The notes below the pieces were generated by a model. It made no database searches. It was not told the DNA's origin and saw nothing but the letters and a program-made list of their open reading frames with translations. Of a stretch of 64,000 bases of DNA, positions 38,568-52,800 are shown piece by piece; within the stretch, counting starts at the first letter, position 1, and each line of letters begins with the position of its first letter. Location: contig NC_043006.1 of the NCBI RefSeq assembly GCF_006345805.1, positions 46,624,001 to 46,688,000 on the forward strand, in the 5' to 3' direction. The position numbers and the translations under genes were made by a program. The DNA comes from Octopus sinensis (lineage: Eukaryota).

Positions 38568-40619
38568 GTTCGTCTCTCTGCATATCTCTGTTTAAACGTG
38601 AGCGTGTGCACACGCGTATGTATTCAGGTGGTGTTGTCTCACCCTCTCATGGCTTACAGTTTCTTGGGCGCCTAGGGTAGGTCCATGTGTTCAAACACTA
38701 GGAGAAGAGAGATAGAGACTCAGAGATAAATATAATATGGCTTCCAGGTTTTAAGAAACTATTGGCCAGTTTAGGTCACTTGGTGTTAATACTGTAAAAG
38801 CATCAGCAGCTATTTCTTTGATTTTGAGTTCACGAATTCGTATGGACGTTGCCAGGATTCTGAGAGGCTGCAACACAGAGTAAACCAGCGACATCAGTTC
38901 GTTCCATTTAACCTATGTTCCATGACGCTGGGTTACAACTGAAGTTAGGTGATCAATATATTAGGGCTGCAGTGTATATAGGGGGCAGGTTTTAGATACC
39001 CCCCCAGTGTTTGTAGAGAGCTGCTATAATTAGAGTGTATATCGGGATCGTCTGTTGACAATAGGTTGAAGCTCATTATGAGGTAAACCTTGTTTAATAA
39101 TATTAAATTAATATCTTCTTCATGATGATGGATAGTCTAGTTTGGTGTAATCTCTTGCAAAAAGTTAACACTTGTGATATCCAGATGACTAACAACTGTT
39201 CCTCTTAATGATACACCATTTGATGTTCGTGAAGTCATTTCGATAACCAAGATATCTCCAGATAAAGCGTGATAGGGAGGCTGAGTGTGCCCTAGAGTTG
39301 CTCCTGACTGGGTGTATGTGTAAAACTTTTAAAATCAATTACTGTCATGCATGTGAAACGGAACCTGAAAGTGAAAGTTTGAAAGACACGACATTTAACT
39401 AGGTGAACACGCTGACTGCTTTATGTTCGATGTCATGGAACCGGTAGGTCATTGCTGTACTGCGATCCTATTGGTTAAAACCGAAGCATTTCTGGTAGTG
39501 GAGTTGGTGACATCGACAATGCTGACTTCTTACAGTGCCTGTAAGATAACTGAATCAGCATGCATTTAAGATTAGAAATTAAGTTACTTTGTCCTTAAGT
39601 TTGGTGCATGGCGAGGCGGTTCGCATGATCTTCTATCTGTAGCAGTGTTGCTAGCTTTTTCGTATCAGTGTTTAAGTGATATTTGGTATCGCATATATTT
39701 TGATGAATGAATTAGAAAGATATCGGTGCGTGTGAAAGTGTTTGGTTTATATAAGTTCTTTTTTACAGGGGAGAATCTATACTTTGGATGCTTCTCTAAT
39801 TTGTGCCATGCACCTCTTTAAAGAGCTTAGGAAGACATATAATGATACACAAACCTATTTCTAGTGATGCCATTTTGAGGATTTAAAGCCGAACTTTGAA
39901 TTGTCGAAGAAATACGCTTTCCATCGCATGTTTTTGATTATCCTTTTTATTTCAAGGTAAGTGAAGTGTATGGTATTTGATGGTTTGGGATCAGCCAAAC
40001 AATACAGCAGCCGTTGCCTCTCCATTATCAATTATTTGTCCCTCGTTTGCGGATGGAGCTCAACAGAATGTGGAACACAAATACCAATCTGCGGATAAAC
40101 GAAAGAAACTGGCATTCAACATATATAGCAAGTACATATATATATATATATTTAGTACTAATTTAACTCAGCTCCAGTTAACGTAATATTTCCTCAACAC
40201 ACAGGTCATATTCATCTCACCAAATATTAGGAAAAAAATTAGAGGTTTGTGGCAAATTCAAGATGGCTTCTGGGTGCTAGGTTTCTGTTCATCGGCTCAG
40301 GAATTGTGGTATTCATAATATCAAAGCGACGTCACCTACTTTCTTTATTTGTGGCTCACGTTTTTGGACAAGATATTGGCAAGATGGCGGCACACTGTGA
40401 AGTAGAGTTTGAATGCTATTTGTCCCTTGGAATAGGCACAACAGAAAGCTGGCTAGCATATTGGCGATGATCACTAGCCCAGACATCGTTCAGTGGGATA
40501 TTAACAAATTAGCAACAGCCTTTACATGGGACAAATGGATTCGTCGCTCTGAGTTTAACTAGGGTTGATAGTACCCCCTTGCTTCTAGAATGTATGCCCC
40601 GACCACGAATTTGTGTTCT

Positions 40620-40850
40620 GTACATCGGTTGTCAAGCGATGTTGGGAGACAGACACAGGCGCACAAACATATACACACACATATATACGACGGGCTTCTT
40701 TCAGTTTCCGTCTACGAAATCCACCCGCAAGGCTTTGGTCGGCCCGAGGCTATAGTAGAAGACACTTGACCAAGAAGTCATGCACTGGGACTGAACCCGG
40801 AACCATGTGGTTCGTAAGCAAGCTACTTACCACACAGCCACTCCTACGCC
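40620..40850 (-). mobile_element. Family-A SINE, 3'-truncated, head abutting (TAA)n
   Basis: Homology to family A. Confidence 0.85.
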
Positions 40851-40872
40851 TATAATAATAATAATAATAATA

Positions 40873-40917
<45 letters not shown>

Positions 40918-42427
40918 CAATAATAATAATAACAACAACAACATCAAGAACAGATATCATTTTTGAGATTATAATGAATTGCCCGCTCAAAATCAAACAA
41001 AATTTTATAGAAATTGCTATAACTAATTTGCTAAGAAATCAACTGTGACACACCGGTGTAGGACTAGATTTATAAAGACAGAAGACACGATGATAAAGTG
41101 AATTGCCGGTATAAGCAAATTGATTATTTTCATCCATTCGATACGCCTGTGGGATGCAGCAGAACTTTCTTGGGACAGCATATCAATATTGGATGTTGAT
41201 ACAACAAACAATTTGATCGCTAAGTAATCTGTCAATTCTGATTTTCTCATCATTTGCGCCAGTGCGTATCATATATGTGTGACGAAAATAAAAGCTGATA
41301 GCTGCTTGTCTTCTATTAAAGAGTTAATTTGCTGTAGTTGTTGTATAATGAAATTGTCGATTCGAAAATGGAAGGTGAATGGGTAGCGTGCGAGGGTGGC
41401 TTTGAAAATTACTTCTATTGGAATGCTATTGATCTGTGTCATTTAGTTATTTTAGTTTTAAATTATTTATCGTTACACTGGTAGTATATGTGTACATAGA
41501 TACATACACATATACATGTATACGAGCATACATACGCATACATATTTCATTAGTTGGTATAATTAGATTTCGTTTTGACTGCTGTATTGTTTACTTTGTA
41601 TTTTTTTCTTTATTTGAAATTCAATCTAGCTTTTATCTATTTCTGTGATATTTTGTATTATACGTCGTTTAAATCTATTAATTTTTCTAAGAAGAAACGA
41701 ATTGAATGTAATATTTCTGAGCTAATCTATGAGAACAGTTATTTCCGTTAGAACTGCGCAATTTTAAAGATTTATTTCATTTCTCTCTCTACTTTTAAAT
41801 TTTCATATAAATGAAACAATCGGAGAAAATGTGATATCCTACAAATATTTCTCTTATTTCTCTTATTTCTTTTTGAACATTTCCTCACTGTTGTTATCCA
41901 TCCTCTCTCTCCATTGCTCGAATTTTCTCTTTCTTTTTGTATGTCATTCTTTTGTATGTCTTTCTTACCGTATGTATATATATATTACTGTATAGCTTTA
42001 TGATCATCCCTTTTCTCTCAACCTATCGTTAAATCTCGCTTTCCTGCTTTATTATATATTAAAATGACTTCCTTCTCTGTCTCCCATTTGTATATGTATT
42101 TATGCACACACACACACACACACACACATACACACTCACGCATACACACCTAAGCATAGAAACGGACACAGAAACACAAGCACACACACACATATATATA
42201 TATATTTATATACATGAATATATATATATATGTATATATGTATGTATGTAAGTATTATGTATGTATGTATGGTATGTATATATGCAAGTGTGAAAGCTAC
42301 AAACGAACACAGAGACAGAAGCACACGCATATATATACATGAATATATATGTGTGTGCGTGTTTGTGTGTGCGTGTGTGCGTGCGTGTGTGTGTGTTGAA
42401 GGGTTAAAGATTAAAGTCCATGACATA

Positions 42428-42590
42428 GGCGTAGCAGTGACTGAGTGGTAAGTAGCTTGCTTATTAACCACATGGTTCCGGGTTCAGTCCCACTGCATGG
42501 CACTTTGGGCAAGTGTCTTCTACTATAGCCTCGGGCTGACCAAAGCCTTGTGAGTGGATTTGGTAGACGGAAACTGAAAGAAGCCCGTCG

Positions 42591-42623
<33 letters not shown>

Positions 42624-42835
42624 ATATATCTGTCTGTGTTAAACCCCCCCCCCCCAATATCGCTTGACAACCGATGCTAGTGTGTGTCCGCCCCCGTAAC
42701 TTAGCGGTTCGGCAAAAGACACCGATAGAATAAGTACTAGGCTTGCAAAAGTATAAGTCCTGGGGTCTATTTGCTCGACTAAAGGCGGTGCTCCAGCATG
42801 GCCGTAGTCAAATGACTGAAACAAGTAAAAGAGTA
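42428..42835 (+). mobile_element. Family-A CORE-type SINE, full length
   Basis: Head, CORE-like motif, internal microsatellite, tail. Confidence 0.88.
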
Positions 42836-44667
42836 ATCTAGCCTAAGCGTCGCATCCTGATGCCTTTCAAACATTTTTGACGAAGATGTTAGCCCTCAGT
42901 CTCAAATTCTAATAATTTCAGGATTACACCAATTCTTTTAGAAATACTACTGCTTTAGTACTCGACCAGTCCCTGTGATATAGGCATTTAGAAATTCACC
43001 ATAATCAAATATAGAACGAATAGATTACTTTATTTTTACGCTTGGGCTTCTCTGGTAAGTAATTTAAGTAATTGAACAACATTTGTGCGTAAACAATTCT
43101 AACCATCACAATTTTCTGAACTGAAGTGTAAATGAAAATTTTAGGAAGACTTGAGTATGAACTCAGTTGTTTTTCTGAAACCAATCCTGAAGAAGTACTT
43201 TCCTACATCATTCAGTAAAGTACTTGTCCAAAGTGACATTCGGTGTTTGCGTCATACAGTTTGGAGATCTATTCTCTTTCTCAAGAGTGTTCCAGTTGTG
43301 AGCAAATCTTTTGCATTACAATTTTGCTTTCAAAGACTTTCATAGCCTTGAGAGACATTACGAGTATTGCTTATAAACTATAGGCTACGCCAATGTGGTC
43401 CAGATGAAACGTAGCGCTTGCCACCATCATTAATTTGAAAGACAGATTAAGTCCACGAATTATTAACGTAAAATTTAATTTATATAAATGTATGAATGGG
43501 AAATGTATACTCGCCTGCATAGGCATCTCTGCATAGGCATCTCTTATGCATTAAAATACATGTGTGTATTTATACGTGAGTGTTCACCTAGAAAACTCTA
43601 CTCGACATAAAACACATGCATGAGCAGAAGTGAGTGAAATTGATAAAAATTGCCTTTCTGTAGCGGAGGCTGCCTGCCGTACTTGTATTCAGCTAGAGGC
43701 ATTTGTGGCGATTGCAGATGCTTTCAAGTGGATTAGAATATATTTTTCCGGGGGTCCACAAGAATTTGAAATTTTGTCTACTAAATTTCTACGTTGTTAC
43801 TCAGGTGTTTAATCTTATTCTTGCCTAATATCGCATTGTCTTTTTTTTTCGGTTATTGATGCTTTTATTTTCAATAGTCTCTATTTGTAGATTAGGATCT
43901 AAATTCCTATACAAGCATTCCGAAATATAATTCAACCTATTTAAGCCTTAAATGAAAGAAACTAACAACGGCGATGAACGCATGGATAGGACGCTCTCAT
44001 TTGCTACACCTGAAGGGTAAATCACTGTAAGAAATATCAATGGATTTCTAAATACATAAGGAAATATATCTCTTGGGCCCATAGCATTTCAAATAAATTG
44101 GAGTAAACACATTAACTTTGAAATTTTGCAGCTAAGATTATCCAATTACACATTCGGAGGAGAGAATTCAAAAAATTACAAGATGTTTCAGAAGTAACTA
44201 TGAAGATGGCAACATCTCTTCATGTACAATTAATCTAATTATCGACATTACAATGGAAATTTAATGGAAATTCAATGTAAATAAGCGAATAATGTGACCT
44301 ATATAACGACCCTGGCGTTTTAAATAGTACCTCGACCAGTCTAAAATGGATGTAATATATTTCAAATTTACAGAAAGCTCCCATATAGTTATAAGGATAT
44401 GATTGTATAAGAATATGGCATAACCTAATTGATCGTAGCATAGCAGGAGAAATTGCTAAATAATGCGATGAGGGTTCTAAAAGTAAAAACATTCGCAAAC
44501 AGTTACAGGCACCTCAGAGGAGATATAAGATGAGTGCACGGTCAGGAAAATCTTTTGGAACCGTTGGTGTTCCTTTCATACACTTATTTCGTTTCCCAGG
44601 CTATTATTCTCAGCAACTGCACCGAAAATATACGTTTATCACAGGTAATACTGAAACCACGTTTTTC

Positions 44668-44871
44668 CTGATCGTGTGTGTACTGTTGACGATTTTTTTC
44701 CCCCTGTCTTCCCTTCTCTGGATCTTTCCTTCTCCTATGTTTCCGACGAAGAGCTCCGCTCGAAACGTTAGACTCTCCTACTTTCCTTCTTTCCTGAGAG
44801 TCCAATAATACTATATTTGTTCCACGTCTTCGCGTTGTTGTGTCTCTTTGTGCTTTCTTGTTTGGATTAAC
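44668..44871 (+). mobile_element. Solo Penelope-like terminal repeat, same family as 26653-27532
   Basis: CCGACGA-A-GAGCTCCGCTC-GAAACGTT; same end TTTGGATTAAC. Confidence 0.7.
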
Positions 44872-44874
44872 TGT

Positions 44875-44932
<58 letters not shown>

Positions 44933-45229
44933 ATGTGTGTGTGTGTGTAGCTAACAATATGGCATTGAAGAAAACACGAAGCAATTTATTTCAGAAGAAA
45001 TTCAAGCAAGCATTTATCACCTCAGAACAAATCACAATCATTATTCGCAGGACCGAGCTGGATTGAGATACTTTTGCGGCAATGGGTGCAATATGAGTAA
45101 AGGCACGCCGATTTAGGTCCATATTTTAAAGAATACAATGAGCAGAGAGCTAATTGGCTGGATGCTGAGATCATGCGGAACTAGGGAAGGGAAAAACAAT
45201 GCTTAACAACTCAAACCAGTTACACACAC

Positions 45230-45262
<33 letters not shown>

Positions 45263-45269
45263 CATATAT

Positions 45270-45308
<39 letters not shown>

Positions 45309-45648
45309 CTGAGACCCCCTTCGGTCACGACACAGACCATGGCAGAGCACCTAGAAAGTTACCCTCCCAGGCATAAGTCTGGACAAGGTTGTTTATGGAA
45401 GACCAGCAGTCACCCATGCATACCGGCCTCCCCTCCCCACGCCACCAGTGTTATCCAAGGGAAAGTCAAAGGTCGATACAGCTTGGCACCTGTGACGTCG
45501 CAACTCATTTCTACAGCTGAGTGAACTGGAGCAACGTGAAATAAAGTGTCTTGCTCAAGAACACAACACGCAGCCCGGTTCGGGATTCGAACTCACAACC
45601 TCATGATCGTAAGCTCGACGCTCTAACCACTGAGCCATGAGCCTTCAC
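45309..45648 (-). mobile_element. tRNA-Arg-like CORE-type SINE (family D)
   Basis: Head TGGCTCAGTGGTTAGAGCGTCGAGCTTACGATC...GAGTTCGAATCCC (ACG at the anticodon position), then CORE-like CTTGAGCAAGACACTT. Confidence 0.8.
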
Positions 45649-45677
45649 ACACACACACACACATATATATATACAGA

Positions 45678-45730
<53 letters not shown>

Positions 45731-45818
45731 CGTGTGTGCGTGCCTGTGTATTACGCAGGATGACTGTTATTGATGGATATTTCGCTGTCTCTGCCGCTTA
45801 TCAGTGCTGTATACTCAC

Positions 45819-45929
45819 CTAGATTCGAAGTATATCCTGTACATTTTTAATACTATACGTAAATACATGTTAATACTGCGTAGAAAATATCTATTCTCAG
45901 TTTTGATTATTTCTCCAAATGTTGCATAC
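45819..45929 (-). CDS. Candidate isolated 111-nt internal exon, (R)YATFGEIIKTENRYFLRSINMYLRIVLKMYRIYFES(R); product unknown
   Basis: Acceptor ATTTTGTTATTTTCAG, donor TAG|GTGAGT, one open frame, phase 2-2. No confirming neighbouring exon. Confidence 0.3.
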
Positions 45930-47434
45930 CTGAAAATAACAAAATGGTCGATTGAAAGGAAGGTGCTATGAATCATCGAAATTGCCAATGCATCGTACCA
46001 GTGGCCACACCACAACCATCTCTATCTATATCCATATACTAATATACAGGATCAGCTTATATGTATGTGTGTAAAAGTGTTCGTGTGTGTATCTATCTAT
46101 ATGATAAAATTATTATTTTATTTAGATTAAGCAAGAGCTGACAAAATACTGCACAAGTATTGCAGGTAGGAAAATAGATATAGTCTAAAAAGACGCTTAA
46201 GTATTGACGGGGCAAAGGTCGATAGTGACAGAGGGAAAATGTAGATTCGAACGCTAGATTGAAAATTATATGGGCGTTCCTCTGTATGTAAATCAATATC
46301 GATGCATTACCCTTTCTGTATGTTGAAGAGTTGTGCGTGTATATTTATGTTTCTATGTTCGAGTTTGTGTGTGAACGTTTCTGCGAAGGTTTTTTTGTAT
46401 ACATTTATTCATGTTTGAGTTTATTCTTGCATATAACTCGCGTGTTCAGTTTCTAGACTGATTTACCCTATTTAACACTCATGAACGCCGTCACACTGAC
46501 TCACAGCAAGCATCACGCTGCGAGCCTACAAGACAGATGATAATATGTGTTGGAATGCAAATGTACAGGTATGCCGCAGGCTTACGGTAATCAGGCAAAC
46601 CAACAGAAATTATAGCTTGTGTCTATTTCATTCAATGTTGTATGTATGTTACCAGCAACGTGTATTTATCTTTAATAAATGTTGATATGCACTGATAAAG
46701 GTACAATTTCAATCACTTGTACTGACCGTTCATTGATTAATCGATACTTAATTTTCACCCATATTTTCCTTCGTGCTCAGACAACCAGAAAAATTATTGC
46801 ATATGTGTACATACATACATACGTCCATATAATATATATACATGTATAAGCATGCATGTGTGAATGTATATAAATAATAATATAACTATAAATATGTATA
46901 GACATACATATATCTGTGTGTGTGCGTGTACACGCAAATATGTGTATAAATGTATTCATTATTTCAATATTTATCAAGAAAATATTCACAACTCACTCCA
47001 TATAACTATTTCATTTTTGTGTGTATGGAAATGTTTATAATAAATTATTTTCTGTTATACATTTATTGTATCTAATCTCCCTCTCCATTTCCTTATTTTT
47101 GGTCCACCTTCACCCCACACACAGATGCTTAATAACACTTAATTCCTGCATCCAATTAATATGTACAGAGGCGGGTTCTTATTCTTCCTACTGCCGCTCC
47201 ACCACAAAAACTTCTGTGCTTGTAGAAGTAAGCTTCCATATACTTCTGTGCCTATTACTCGGAAATTCCTTTCTCATGGTATACCTATACATTCACACAT
47301 ACAAACAATAAACTTGGTAACTTCTTGACCTGTCAGGACCGGGATACTTGCGGATGTATACTAAAGTAAAGAAAGAATCCTGATATATCCTTAATCTGCG
47401 ATGAACTGGTACCTGATGTTTATTCGTTAATTCT

Positions 47435-47857
47435 TTTATTTGGTTCAGTCATTTTGACAGTGGCCATGCTGGAGCACCGCCTTTAGTCGAACACATCGAT
47501 CCCAGGACTTATTCTTTGCAGGCCTAGTACTTATTCTATCTGAATCTATTTGACGAACCGCTAATTTACGGCGATGTAAACACACCGACGTCGGTTTTCA
47601 AGCGATGGTGGAAGGACAAACACACACAGACACACACACCACACACATACACACATATATATATATAGGCGCAGGAGTGACTGTGTGCTAAGTACCTTGC
47701 TTACCAACCCCATGGTTCCGGGTTCAGTCCCACTGCTGACACCTTGAGCGAGTGTCTTCTACTATAGCCTCAGGCCGACTAAAGCCTTGTGAGTGGATTT
47801 GGTAGACGGAAACTGAAACAAGCCTGTCGTATATATGTATATAAATGCACATACATG

Positions 47858-47953
<96 letters not shown>

Positions 47954-48170
47954 TGTGTGTGTATATGTTTGTGTGTCTGTGTTTGTCACCCCAACATCGC
48001 TTCACAACAGATGCTGTTGTGTTTACGTCCTCGAAACTTAGCGCTTCGGCAAAAGTGTCCGATAGAATAAGTACTAGGCTTACAAGGAATAAGTTCTGGA
48101 CTCCATTTGCTTTATCAAAGGCGTGCTCCAGCATGACTGCAGGCATATGACAAACAAGTAAAAGAATAAA
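47435..48170. mobile_element. Inverted pair of family-A SINEs: 3' half on minus (47435-47665) and full copy on plus (47668-48170)
   Basis: The plus copy starts inside the (TA) tract of the minus copy. Confidence 0.85.
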
Positions 48171-50476
48171 AGAATATATATATACATATATGGACATATT
48201 CCGTCTCAATCGCAGATTTTTAATTAATTTTTTTAACTAAGCAGTTTGAAACTCCGAATACTGGTACAATTTCTCGCGTAGAACTCGGTTTACTCTGAAC
48301 GTTTTTGACAAAATTTCCCATTTAAGAAGTTATCTCGTGTTAAAGTTGTCGTATTTGGGTAATTTCAACTAAGCAACGACGTGTATTCGGTGGAGGTTAG
48401 CTACTGCATTTGGTTTGAACACGGTTATTGCGTTTTCCTTAATTTGGAAACATGCCTCAGTCTTAGTACACGAACCTAATTTATCCGACAACACTCTAGA
48501 AAAAGCATTTAAGATTTTTTTCTTGAATTCGTGTGACGCTTAATTCTTACAGGAGGTACAAACGTTCATGTTTTTGAAGATCAAGTATATGTGGAGGTCC
48601 CATAAATCAAATAACTCCAGACAGTACTGAAGGAGTTTGTTGCGCTTTTTAACTCAAACGATTTTGCTTTACAGTTTTACTAAGATATGTAATGTCGATT
48701 CCCATATCGCCTAAGAAGTGAAATCTTTCACCTGTGACTCCTCGTCCACTTTTCGATGTTTTCAGTCAAGACAGCATCAATAATTATAATGTCGCTACCT
48801 GTGTCTGGTTGTAGTTTCACGTTCGCGTCATTTATTTTTGCATACACATATTTTCTTTTTCGGTGTCGTCAAGGTTTCCGGTTGAGCAAACTTTTCTAGA
48901 AGAATTTTTTCCAACCCTTCGCTATGCAGTGCGAACTTTTACGTGCTATTTTTTGACAGCTAAAACATTTCCGAGTTTTAAATGGACAGTTTTTCTTAAA
49001 ATGCAGAGTTCCCCACACATAGCAGGCATTTGGTCGAAAAATTCATTTTGTTAATTTGTTCATTTTTCTTCAGTTCTCCTCACGGTCTGTCGGAGGGTGA
49101 TAATTATTTGACATTCTTGAGCTACTGCCTCTTGGTCCTCTTGTTCTAGTTTTGTAAGAAACCCTGCACGTAATTCTGCATCTGTGTGATAAGAAGCTTA
49201 CTTCCGAACCACATGATACCGGGTATTATCCCAGTGGAGACTGATACCAAGAATTATCCAGACCGAAAATGTCCTAATATTAAATGCCATTTAAATCCTC
49301 GTCAATACCCACTGGTGAATTGTTCGCAGAAAGTGTCGTTTCCAAATACCTATATTAAAATTAATATTGTGACATCTTGCTAGATATACAAAGGTATATA
49401 CATAATACATACAGACATAATACACGTACATGCATACGTATGTACGTACATCCATCCGTATGTACGTACATCCATCCATCCATCCATACATCCATACATA
49501 CATACATACATACAAATAAAGCTATATATATCAGAGAAATGGAGAGTTTCAACGAAGAAAAAATCAATTTATTTATATAATTGTCAATTTCATATTGCCT
49601 ACGTTTCAAATTCTTTCATTCATATTTTGCAATTAATATTGTATTATGCATCTAAAAGGTAAAAATCATTAAGGCTTATTTCCCTTTCTTCATTGGTTGT
49701 GTATTTCCTACTATCGTTATAATCTTCGTTTGTGTGGCTGTTAAGTAAATCATTTGTATTTTTCTTACTCCTATTATTAAAGACATCATTCATTTTTTTT
49801 TAGTATTTCGTGCAGATATAATTTGTGCAACGTGTTTCGAAACGCAGAAATTCACCCCTAATTTGCGTGAGTTTATCATTTTGTGATATATATTTTCCTT
49901 TGAAAACTACTTAGATACCGCTTTGTAGAATTATTTCAATATATTGATTCGAATTTGTTTTGCAAATGGTATTTTGAACCACGCTATATTATTTTCATAG
50001 CAATTCCTTTTAGAGTAACTCTTATGGAGGTTAATTACTTTTATACAAGGGATGCAATGCTTTACAGAATTACATTGCATATACCGATTAAGTTCTCAAT
50101 AACTACCTTTTTTATCATTTCTTATCCTATTTAGCTTATTATTTAAATAGTCACAATTTTCATTATCATATTGTTTTGTTTTTGGCCTTTCTATTTTATT
50201 ATATTCAAATTTTATTATCTACACAGTGTTTCTATCTTTGTTATTTGTTTTTGGTTCATTTATGCCTTCTATTGTTTCTTGGTGCTTATTCATGCATTAT
50301 CCTTATCTCTTTTACATCGAATTCTATTTGAAATCATTTTTTCTGTGTTATTTTCCTCTGTTTTAACTTTATCATTTGTGTACAGTTCTTATTATTAGAA
50401 TTAAGTTTGCTTCATAGTATTAAAATTTTGTTCTGCCTTTCTTCATGAGTAGAGTTGTGTCTTTCTTCATGCGTAT

Positions 50477-50733
50477 AGTTCGCGAGTTCGAATCTCAGAC
50501 CGGGTGATGTGTGTGTTTATGAGCAAAACACCTAAGCTCCACGCGGCTCCTGCAGAAGGTAATGGCGAACTTCTGCTGACTCTTTCACCACAACTTTCTC
50601 TCTCTCTTTCCTCCTGCATCTTGCAGCTCACCTGCGACGGACCGGCGTCCCGTCCAGGTGGGGAACCTACACGCCAAGGAAACCGGGAAAGCGACCTTAT
50701 GAGCCAGGCATGGCTTGAGAAGGAAGAAACAGC
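50477..50733 (+). mobile_element. Family-C SINE variant (5'-truncated) with alternative 3' tail
   Basis: B-box GAGTTCGAATC; centre shared with 819-1202; tail CCTGCGACGGACCGGCGTCCCGTCCAGG shared with 61489-61799. Confidence 0.8.
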
Positions 50734-50852
50734 AAAAAAACAAAAACAAATATAGTTCTTATCATTAAGTGATTGTTTGGTGTCGGGCATTTCCTTGTCC
50801 TGAAGTTATACACACACACACACACACACATACACACATACACACACACACA

Positions 50853-50910
<58 letters not shown>

Positions 50911-52346
50911 CTAAAATGTATAAAGAGGGAGAGGGAGGAATAGGATCAGGGAAAAATTCGAGATAGCAGGTTAGAAAGATATAACTTTATTGCTTGCTAG
51001 TGAAGTGATATTTGAAAAAGAATGTGGTTTATGTATATATATACACGCAGACAGATATCGACAGACAGACAGAGAGGAACAGAAAATGAGTGAGAGATAT
51101 AGAATTATAGGAAATAAGTTTTAAAGATTTATTTGCTTAGCGAGGAAATATAAATTCATTTTCTTTTTAGAAATACAAAATCGTAATTCATTTTAGTCAA
51201 AGATTTTAACTGATTTACTGAATTAAATCTGGTTGTAATTTCATATTTAAAGAAGTAAGTGCCGTAAAGGATTTAAAAGGAATAAGCCATACATAATGTG
51301 CGCAAAGAAATTTGAAAAGAAATCAAAAAGAAAGATTGATTAACGCTTCGAATTTCGTTAATCAATGTTCTATTTATGACATAGAATTCACATTCTTTTA
51401 TATTATGAAGAATTGCATTTCATTCGACCTAGTTTCTCAAATTTCAAAAGTATTTTTCCATACGTAAATGGAACCAAAATGGAACTAAAGAACAGGAAGA
51501 TAAACGTTTTTCAGATAAAATTGTATTATTAAAAATTCTTTGAATATAGAAAATGATTACTCAGAAATTTTAGAAATTCAATTGATCTTTTTGATCTAAT
51601 TGTCCAGACTAATACTATCAAATTTTTTGAAATGATGAATCTTAAATTAAAAGAAATATATATTTTAGAAAAAAATTGTCTTTGAAAGTTGAAAATGAAT
51701 AGACATTATTATATTTGACCATTTGTCTGCTACTCATTTTATTTTCACTTTTTGTTGTTCTGCTAGATTTATGCAAGTATCAAGTGGCGGATGGCATAAT
51801 TAGAGGTTCGAAGAAAACAGAGGTTAAACGAACTTTAATGATTAATATATGATTGCTTTATAAAATATAATTATATAACAGTTATATGCCAAAACTTTAT
51901 CATATGCTTGAAATTTACATGGTGGAACGTAACACAAACAAAGTTTGAAAGTTTCGTGAATCCTTCCTCAAAAGTCATCCGCGCCATATAGATTAATCTA
52001 CCGTTCAGTTTAACGTTAGTGCCTGATACTTGAGTGTGTATAGTAAAATACATTATATCACTTGGCCCATTTCTTTGCTTTAAGTATACTTTCCTTCGTG
52101 TTTCCCAACATCTCGAACGTCGTGTAAATTGACATGGTTACTGACAAAAAGTAAGTCTACCCTAAACAGAATACAGAAAAGGGAACTGTAATTCGGTGAA
52201 TACAGGCCTGCTACTCGCCTACCCTTACTCAGGAAATTAACTGATCTCATGGCAGATATATTACTATCCGGAGAAGTAGGAACAAAACGGATGTAGAACT
52301 AAATAAAGGGGACTGTTCGTCTTTTGTATTTCGATAGTGCTCTATA

Positions 52347-52517
52347 GGCGCAGGACTGACTGTGGGGTAAGTAGCTTGCTTACGAACCACATGGTTCCGG
52401 GTTCAGTCCCACTCTCTGGCACCTTGAGCAAGTGTCTTCTACTACAGCCTCGGGCCGACCAAAGCCTTGTGAGTGGATTTGGTAAACGGATACTGAAAGA
52501 AGCCGGTCGTATATATG

Positions 52518-52597
<80 letters not shown>

Positions 52598-52800
52598 TGT
52601 GTGTCTGTGTTTCTCCCCACAACATCGCTTGACAACCGATGCTGGTGTGTTTACGTCACCGTAATCTAGTGGTTCGGCAAAAGAGACCGATAGAATAAGT
52701 ACTAGGCTTCCAAAGAATAAGTCCTGGGGCCGATTTCCTCGACTAAAGGCGGTGCTCCAGCATGGCCGCAGACAAATGACTGAAACAAGTAGAAGAGTAA
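52347..52800 (+). mobile_element. Family-A CORE-type SINE, full length
   Basis: Head, CORE-like motif, (TA)n(TG)n, tail. Confidence 0.88.

Noticed and set aside
38700-39500. Possible very old L2/CR1 RT remnant on the minus strand
   Set aside because: Only faint motifs (LNWP.., YLK); not supportable by eye.
39769-39956. Plus-strand exon between TTTTACAG and CAAG|GTAAGT
   Set aside because: Stops in all three frames.
45575-45648. tRNA-Arg gene (also the tRNA-like heads at 819, 13921 and 61730)
   Set aside because: Acceptor stems do not close and the heads continue into SINE bodies.
48200-49060. Possible Tc1/mariner remnant (also ~60000-60400 and ~11900-12150)
   Set aside because: Only isolated few-residue resemblances; no colinear motif series or TIR pair.
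51767-52150. Plus-strand exon candidates (DLCKYQVADGIIRGSKKTE; YTFLRVSQHLERRVN*)
   Set aside because: Short, no homology recognised, and comparable candidates occur on both strands at about chance frequency.
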